A stretch of DNA of 64,000 nucleotides from Dicyema japonicum. Its lineage: Eukaryota > Animalia > Dicyemida. The notes beneath the pieces were generated by a model that had not been told where the DNA came from, made no database searches, and was given only the letters and a program-made list of their open reading frames with translations. A program made the position numbers and the translations under genes. Position 1 is the stretch's first letter; every line of letters begins with the position of its first letter. Where the stretch lies: the NCBI GenBank assembly GCA_011109175.1, contig RDEW01000076.1:71951-135950 (forward strand). The letters are read 5' to 3'. This document shows positions 51,807 to 60,225 of this stretch, piece after piece.

Positions 51807-52259
51807 TAAACGATCACACGTCAAAAAACACGAGATTTAAATTCGATTATAATTAAATCTATTTAAAAAAAACATCATATATAATAGAATAAACATCCTA
51901 CAATGTTTAATCAAATTTTTGAATTTATTATAATATCCATCTTCTTATTTTTGTGGGCGACTTTTCGCTAGATCACTCATTTACAGACTACATCATATGC
52001 TGCTCAGAAGAAAAATAGTTCCTAAGGTTTTCGAATTGTTCGTTGTTAAATGCTTACTGATGACGACGTCACTCGTCAAGCCAATGCCCCGTAGATGTGT
52101 GGAACCTTCAGCCGGAGTATACAGAGATTCGGACAAGGGGTCATCAGGCCTTTTGCTCGGTCTATTGTATCTCCTGGCATTATGTCTAAAGCACTTGTAG
52201 TTAGATAATACCAGAGCGTAATCATGTATTATAAATATCAAATTTATAATATTAATTGA

Positions 52260-53385
52260 ATGCCTTTTAGTAATGAGGAGAGTCAGGAGGGTACTGAGGA
52301 GTTAAGCATAATCTCAACTATTAGGAAGCCATGGCCAAATTATAACATTGAGGATTTTCGTGAATTAGATGAAAACTTGTGGGATATCTGTATCGCTAGA
52401 GACGGTCATTTATTAAATAATTTTTTGAAAAATGAGGATATTGATGATTTTTTACCTGTTTTATCTCCTCCTATCTGTGATAAAGGCTATTTTACTTTCT
52501 AATAAAATAGAATCCTTAAGTTTATTGGCTGAGAGCGGAGATAATTTGTCATTTGGTCGACCAGCCAAATTATTCTTTCCAGGTTGTTTTACTTGCAATA
52601 ATAAACTCAGATTTATTAACAACCGATGATAGCAGTGATCTGTTGTCAACCTTATCCAACTATTACTGTCATCCAGGTTATTTCCACCCATAAACTCATA
52701 GAATTTGTGATGATCAACAATCAAACTGATCTTTGTACCACAGGTTGTAGTCAAACATATAGTAGACGTAAATACTATAGACATTGACTTGGAGAAGATC
52801 TACACTCAAGCTGATCTTAGTTGTACCACAGGTTGTAATCAAACACATGGTAGACGCAAACACTATCGATGTTGAAAATATTCCCAATTTTTATACGAGT
52901 CCTCTGCATTATCCCACATTCGAAACAGACTTCTTAAATTATGAACCTTTAAATTATAAAGGTTTTGATTTGGGACCTTCAAATAATGAACCTTTTGATT
53001 CGGAACCTTCAAATTTTGAGCCGTTAAATTTTGAACCTTTAAAGTTGGAACCTGAACCTCCGATTCAGCACAATGTGCTGAAGGAAGTGCAGGAAGAATA
53101 TAGATTTGCAAAAGGCGGTATTTGTAATTTAATTTAAAAGGCAATCAAAAAGACCGCGTAAAAACTAAATTGTTTGCTATTTTGTTTGATAAATTCAAGG
53201 AATGCATTCCTGAGGCAAAAGTATATACAAAGCCAACAAGACAGATGGTTATCGACGAAGCCATCAAATACATATCATTATTACGCACTGATGTAGAAAA
53301 TGAGAAAAGTAACGTAGAACACGTGGTCGATAACCTCAAAGAACAAGCCAAGAAAATCATTAACTTAGCTGCACATAGATTTTAA
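52260..53385 (+). CDS. Divergent class A-like bHLH protein with acidic and repetitive N-terminus (six introns, one GC-AG)
   Basis: After splicing the intron near 53118-53140: GNQKDRVKTKLFAILFDKFKECIP...KPTRQMVIDEAIKYISLL, which fits the xNxRERxR...FxxLxxxIP...K..IL..AI.YI..L pattern. A continuous frame from ATG 52260 needs a GC-AG intron at 52486-52510. Confidence 0.7.
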
Positions 53386-54449
53386 TCTTTAAAATTATTT
53401 GACAAAGGTTTTTTAAGCTCAAAACATATTTGTTTACCCCCGCTCCCTTCAAATCAAGGTAGCAGGCGGGTAACCGGAAAGTAGCTGCAAAAGGGATGAG
53501 ACCTGGTGATCGTCAGAAATTGAAGGCGGACCAGAAAGAAATGAGTATTCGCTTTATCTCCGAAAGAAAGACCTTGACACCATTAAAATCAAATTTTCTT
53601 CTTAAAAAATTAAGCTGACAACAGCGAGAATACCGATAAATATCCCAACGTTGAGTAGTCATATAGGAGCCCCTAATATTAAAGACAACCCAACCAGATG
53701 TCGATGGGCATTACTCATGAGTCTTAAAATATTATATAAAATGATTAACGATATCTACTTCAGTCTGGTGTATGTGTCTCCTCCATCTTGTATACACCCC
53801 CCATTTAGAGCAATAGTAATGCGTATATGCGGATTCTGTTGTGATCATTGATAAACCAAATTGAGAATTTGGCCCGTTATCTCTTAGACAAATTCCATGA
53901 AAATCGAAGCTACCCAGGTTTCTAAGATTACGGAACAATTGACTTTTGGAAAATCCCAGTCTCCGCTACCTCTGGAATCTTTAATACTTAAGAACTGAAA
54001 AACGTGCCGTTGTGACTACGAGGGATCAGTTATACGGCCGATGAGTGTTTGCGCGGGTTAGGGGGAGCCACATCGTGCCAAGCTAAAATCCCTCTTGGAA
54101 CGTGCCGGGATCATGTGATAAGTTGAAATCTTTCAGTTTCTCAATACAATTGGAATAAATCTAATACTTTTTTATTTCTATGCACACATAGAATTTTTCA
54201 CTACTACATCCGATTCTGTATACTCCAGTGGTGAATTTATAACACAAAATGATTAAAATTCACACGTGCAGCTCTATCAATTTTTTGTGGCTTCTGAATA
54301 TCAACAGAGTAGTGACCGTCTCCTTTACAATATCCATTATAAATGTACTAATCAAGTGGTGACATTAATAAGAATATTAAAGTTGGTGAAGTGTATTACT
54401 ACAGAAATTAAGTAAGGTTAAATTTGAGCGATGGTTGAAATAAAACGGG

Positions 54450-54950
54450 TCTGCATTGAAGGCCATGGACTCCTCACTGGAAATTTCGCCGAAATCGATG
54501 ATCTCTATTCTACAGTATCCGGAAGTAAAAAAACATTCTAATCCGCATCGCTAAGAGGCACTAATCCAGGATTCTTCATACCTCATTAACGACTCCCACG
54601 TGTCATCCGGAGAACGATAGTAGTTGATGCTTTCCCTATTTCCCTTATATGTCTTGGGCGGTCACATGCGCCTGATCAGCCTGACAAATCAATTTCATCT
54701 ATCATCAAAGCTAATGTATTGTATCTGGATGACACCACGATCTGAGACCCCACGACTTTTTTTTGGACGACCTCCATAACATTGTCCCAGTTTGACCGTT
54801 GATACCTCGAAGAAAAAGATTATAGTGGTTGTTGGTTGGATGCCTGCTCAATTAATGGCGTCGTGACTTTTCTTTACAATGAGAGCCTTCACATTGAGAT
54901 CTCATATCTACCAGGTCTATATGTTTTATAGGCTCATCGACGCTGATGGG
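54450..54950 (+). mobile_element. Degenerate CRE-like RT remnant
   Basis: NVLYLDDTTI near 54712-54745 in a CRE-like context; otherwise disrupted. Confidence 0.35.
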
Positions 54951-55166
54951 GAAAGATGATTGATCGTAAAAGAATCCACCACTCTCAATAAAATAAACTT
55001 TAGGAATGTATAGACACTTTAATTAATCAGGGGGATGTATAATTAATTAGACTCTGCCCGTGAAGCTATAAGAGATGGAGGATAGGACTCTCTTATGTGC
55101 ATTGTTCCTCCACGTGTTTAAAAAAGTTAGTCAACAACACACACAAAAATATTATAATTTGCAAAG

Positions 55167-55826
55167 TCATATACACTTCCATTTAAATTTCTTATTAATT
55201 CTATCAGCAGGACGGAACATCATATTCGAACCAAACAAAAAATAGTGTACCCCATCCAATCTGAATGTAAACACACTTCCCTTCTTTGGTAAGGCTAACA
55301 ATCAAACCACTCATTACTCAGAATTCTATCATCCTCCACAATTATTCTGAAAGTCTTAGCAGTCTCCATGACAACGTAACCAGCTTTGTTCAAATGAGAC
55401 GAGCAAGTGGCTTTAGATATTTTTAAATAGCACGTGGACAGATCACAGCGGGGAAGGATTGTCTCTATGGGCTCTGTGTGGCTTCTCATGTACTGACACC
55501 AAAGTTCGTTGAATACTTGAAAGTGGGAGAATTTGAGGCTTGAATCTTTCAGAATCTTCCACGCAGTTCGAGAAGAAACATCACTCTTCTTTTTGGACTT
55601 CTTTCGGGGAATTTTTGTCCTCGGTTTTCTTGTTAGATAGTGAGTCGCGTGTACTAGGGGGCAGTCTCTGGACAGTTTCCTATCTGTTTTATTACAAACA
55701 TGCTCATTCAAATAATTTTCCACAAACTGATCACTTTTTATCTAAATCTTAATGTTTTATCCATACTAAAGTTGCAACTCCAACATTCTCTTTTGTACCA
55801 CTAGACAGCTCACTGTAAGAATCCAT
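55167..55826 (-). CDS. POP4: RNase P/MRP subunit p29 (Rpp29), two introns, frame intact
   Basis: FNELWCQYM...RCDL....LKISKATCSSH..KAGYVVMETAKTFRII.EDD...LPKKGSVFTF matches the Rpp29 core. ATG at 55826, TGA at 55167. Confidence 0.85.
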
Positions 55827-56320
55827 TAAATTTTAATTTTTAATACAATTTAATTTTGAATAAAATTTGAATTAATTTAAATTACTTAAATATTTATTGA
55901 GTCAAAGTAAATTGCATAAATTACTTGAAAACCTCCCCAGGTTCGCGTTCAGAGAAAGTCAATATTACTTTGTGAACTATGTAGTCAATATTACTTTGTG
56001 AACACTATTTTAATAGAGTGGTACGCGAGGGAATGGAAATTTGTATTAAAAGAAGGCCACTGACCTCAAGAAAGAATTCTTACGCCAGTAACCATAATCT
56101 GTTACTAAAAAATACCTGTGCAATGTCATTTATATCACATGATTCATCTATTGCTATCGAAATCGAATTAGCCAATTTCAGGTCAGTAACTTGTTGAATA
56201 GTTACATCTTATTAATGGCTTTCTAGCTGAAGCAAAATTTACAACTAAAAATGTAAATTTTTAAATAATTAAAAAAAATCATATATAAAAACAATGAGTA
56301 TAAAAATAACAAGCCCGCTT

Positions 56321-57000
56321 TTTGCCGACCCGAGCACTAGTTAATCCATACCTTTGTTTTGTTTTGTCTCTTGGAGACAAGCGACAAAAAATCTATAACG
56401 ATTGAGGTCATCTGTTAACTGTGCTTGAAAAGGAAATTCTTCTGATGTTGAATATCGTAAGTCCAGAGTGTGTATTAGACTTACGTACGTGCAATGTAAA
56501 GACGTAACCACTTCAACCAAATTATTTATTTTAGTTATTAGTCCCATCTCCCTACTTTGTAGGGGGCTGGCTTTCCAAGCTGTTGTTACCCTCAAGTCTT
56601 TGATCTTCACAGGAGGTCCAGGGCAGGAGAAAGCTTTTTTTAGAATCAATAATAATTTATCGGTTGGCGGGAGCCAAGAGCCCGGTTCGTCTCTTAGGAA
56701 GAATTGCCCAGAACTCAATTGTGCCAGGGGCTCGCATAATTCAAAGTGGTCCTTGTACATTGTTTGTAGATTGTCCTGAGGGTTTCCTTGTCCTGGCGAA
56801 GATGGATCTGGCTACCACGGGGTTCCTTTTTTTGTTTGCGTTTGTAACTACATGGTCAACGTGAGGTCCCACTAGTTCAGGGTCGGCAAATACTTTTGGA
56901 GAAAAGCCACTTTTTTACATTTTTGGAAATTACGAAAAATTGAAGAGCCACATTTTAGTTGCTTGCCACTTATCATAATCAAAAGTCCAATAATTATTAT
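56321..57000. mobile_element. hAT (Charlie/Buster-like) 3' end + TSD + RTE 5' fragment + TSD + hAT 5' end
   Basis: TTTGCCGACCCGAG (56321-56334), CACTAGTT (56335-56342), RTE 5' region and APE start on the minus strand (...CLQETK), CACTAGTT (56870-56877), then CAGGGTCGGCAAA (from 56878) followed by AAGAGCCACATT. Confidence 0.7.
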
Positions 57001-57239
57001 TGAAATCATTTCAAAAAATAAAATTAGTCTCAAAATGAGAGATATGATTCTTCATTTTATTCCAGAGTTGTCTGATGTTTGCTTAACTAGTCAATTTTTA
57101 TTTGAAATTTGATTCTAGATTCGAGTCTGTAATCTTGTTCCTTAATTTAAATTTGATATAATTCATACGTGAAAAACATTGTTCACGAATATAAGTGGAC
57201 CCAAATATTGTTAAAATTCCATAAGCAATTTTTTTTTCT

Positions 57240-57400
57240 TTTCCAGGTTTTCAAGTTCTTCAAAAAGACGAATGAGGTTAAATTTGGAAGGGGAGTGGAG
57301 ATTGACAACTGATTTCGGAGGCGGGCTGAGGCGTAATTAATGTTTCTATCCCGAGCCACGAGGATCAAGTCTTCCGCATAGGACAGAATCAGAGTATTTG
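57240..57400 (-). mobile_element. Family B LINE RT fragment
   Basis: ILSYAEDLILVARDRNINYAS (the YADD region). Confidence 0.55.
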
Positions 57401-57546
57401 TAAAACATAACGTCCAAATCTCTCGGCGAGGAGGTGATCCACATCGAAAATTGTGAATATTTAATCTATTTAAATTATTAATTTTATAATTTTTCATAAT
57501 AATAAAAAATATAAAAGTATTTGAATTATAACGTGATTTGTTGTGG

Positions 57547-59431
57547 ATGTCTAAGAAGAGTGAAATTTTTAACAAGTTTATTTTTAACAAATACGTAGAC
57601 TGCTTTCTAAACCTCAGGAAGACTATGAAATACTCCAGGATGACATTCATGATGATGTAAGCGAAAAACATGTATTCTAGACTGATTTTAATCCATCTGA
57701 GCATTCACACATGCTTAGACAACTTAAACTTGGAGATTCCACGGATTTTAAGTAACTATACGAATAATTTCAGATCACTCAATCAACGGACAGAACTAGT
57801 GGGAGGTCTCCGAGAACACGGAATCTGTCCTTGTTGATGTCATTGTCATTTTTAGCAAGCAAATTGTCTGTCACTGACCTCATCTCCGACAAGAGCAAGG
57901 CAAAACGTGAAGTTTCTCGCCTAATTACGTCCCACAAACCCTGTGAGCCATCGATTCCGTTAAATCAACGGAAAAGGGTTCCATTTTTTTTCTCATGGCA
58001 GATCGAACGTCAAGCTCTCTACAGAAGAGCTCGAGACGAGGTCGAACAGTGGGCAGTCTACAGTAGACCAACAGGAAGGTCACGTGTCCTATAATCGTAG
58101 GCAGAGCAACTTTGCTTCCCACTCGAGCACGTCTCGAAGCGGAGAGAGCGTGTTAATGTCTATAATTTGATGAAGGTCTGGTTCGATTGTGAGATTAGTG
58201 TGAAAATCAAATGGAGAGGGACATCAAGGCAGTCCTCGATATGAACGAAGACACTGTAAAGTCTGCCTTCAGTCTTACGGACCATGAGAGGGCAGTAATG
58301 AAGGCCATGGATGTTGAGAGTGCCAGGAAGATGCAGAACGAGCTGGCCAGACTGCGGTCTCTACAGGAAAGGTATGAGAAGAAGGCCAGGTGGACCAAGA
58401 AAATTAAAAGCAAGAGGTTCACGTTTTTAGTAATCTTCAGCTATCGGAAATTGAATAGGATCGAGAAAAGAAGAGAGGAGGAGAAGTCTTTAGAGAGACT
58501 AAAGGAAGATGATCCCGAGGAGTTTAGTCGACGGGTCCTAGCCCTGAAGGCTGACAGAATGGAGGAGAGGATGACTTTGAGACACTCAGCTTCAACAAGG
58601 TTCGCTCACAACCAGAAAATGTACTCAAAATACAACGAGAGTGTATGCCTCTTGGTTAGTTTCAGGCTCGGCAGTTGGTTCAGCATATGAGCTCCACTAA
58701 ACGCCGACTTGTGGAAAAGACCCCTCTCTGTGAGGAATAGGCTGAGATGAACCATTGTCTGGATGAGATCAACGTGTATAGGCACGTCCTTGAGCGGACT
58801 GAGACTGAGGACTGGTTAGATTCTGCTAAAGCCAACGTGGAGATCGAGCTTGAGAAGCCCACCTGTGAGGAGAGGCCCGTAACCAAGTTTTCTGGTCACG
58901 TGTTCGACTCTTCTGTACCTGACCTTTCCGCGGCAGAGACCAAATCATCAATAAATTACGACGACATCGCTGGTACCAGCACACGTGGAGGAGATTTTTA
59001 AGAGACTTTTAATGCGGAAAAGAGGGATATTGAAGAGGTAGAGATGGAACACGATATCGACATGTATCTGCCAGGTTGGAATGCTGGGCCGGTCCCTCTA
59101 TTAAGCTGATGAGAAGAGACAGTCCAAGTATCTAAAAAAAGCGGAGAAACCGAAGCGAAGGGACCGTGGATTGGGGAATGTAATAATATCAGAGAAGCAA
59201 CCCACGTTGACTACTCACAGGGTTGGTTTTGCTGTGATGTTTAGGTGAAACAAGTTCCCTTTCCTTTCATGAGTGTTGCCCAGTTTGAATCGAGTATAAG
59301 GACTCCTATTGATAGGACGTGGGTTGCGGAAACTGCATTTTAGGAAGATGATTAGGCCACGTGTTGTGACAAAATCAGGCACTATTATCAGACCCATCTG
59401 TAAAAAGGCCACATTGCCTTCTAAATCCTGA
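57547..59431 (+). CDS. UTP14: U3 snoRNP/SSU processome protein UTP14; as assembled it has several frame breaks and one in-frame TAG
   Basis: NRKAEQLCFPL, YEKKARWTKKIKSK, EERMTLRH, LPGW..WAG, VPFPF....QFESSIRTPI.RTW and RPRVVTKSGTIIRPI match the UTP14 motifs. Introns of 22-24 nt; TGA at 59429-59431. Confidence 0.88.
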
Positions 59432-59432
59432 T

Positions 59433-60225
59433 NNNNNNNNNNNNNNNNNNNNNNNNNNNNNNNNNNNNNNNNNNNNNNNNNNNNNNNNNNNNNNNNNNNN
59501 NNNNNNNNNNNNNNNNNNNNNNNNNNNNNNNNNNNNNNNNNNNNNNNNNNNNNNNNNNNNNNNNNNNNNNNNNNNNNNNNNNNNNNNNNNNNNNNNNNNN
59601 NNNNNNNNNNNNNNNNNNNNNNNNNNNNNNNNNNNNNNNNNNNNNNNNNNNNNNNNNNNNNNNNNNNNNNNNNNNNNNNNNNNNNNNNNNNNNNNNNNNN
59701 NNNNNNNNNNNNNNNNNNNNNNNNNNNNNNNNNNNNNNNNNNNNNNNNNNNNNNNNNNNNNNNNNNNNNNNNNNNNNNNNNNNNNNNNNNNNNNNNNNNN
59801 NNNNNNNNNNNNNNNNNNNNNNNNNNNNNNNNNNNNNNNNNNNNNNNNNNNNNNNNNNNNNNNNNNNNNNNNNNNNNNNNNNNNNNNNNNNNNNNNNNNN
59901 NNNNNNNNNNNNNNNNNNNNNNNNNNNNNNNNNNNNNNNNNNNNNNNNNNNNNNNNNNNNNNNNNNNNNNNNNNNNNNNNNNNNNNNNNNNNNNNNNNNN
60001 NNNNNNNNNNNNNNNNNNNNNNNNNNNNNNNNNNNNNNNNNNNNNNNNNNNNNNNNNNNNNNNNNNNNNNNNNNNNNNNNNNNNNNNNNNNNNNNNNNNN
60101 NNNNNNNNNNNNNNNNNNNNNNNNNNNNNNNNNNNNNNNNNNNNNNNNNNNNNNNNNNNNNNNNNNNNNNNNNNNNNNNNNNNNNNNNNNNNNNNNNNNN
60201 NNNNNNNNNNNNNNNNNNNNNNNNN
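59433..60225. other. Assembly gap (793 N)
   Basis: Run of N characters. Confidence 1.

Noticed and set aside
51993-52241. 82-aa minus-strand ORF as a small gene
   Set aside because: Starts at TTG, has no recognisable family, and overlaps a dispersed repeat also found at 460-512.
54005-54100. HDV-like ribozyme (GAGGGAT/ATCCCTC pairing, GCTAAA)
   Set aside because: There is too little room for P3/L3 between P2 and P1, and P1 is only 5 bp; the nested double pseudoknot cannot be built.
58738-58740. TAG reassignment (alternative genetic code), since none of the confidently ended genes stops on TAG
   Set aside because: Only one in-frame TAG was found in several thousand traced codons; reassignment would give many. 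The other apparent stops fall inside short introns.
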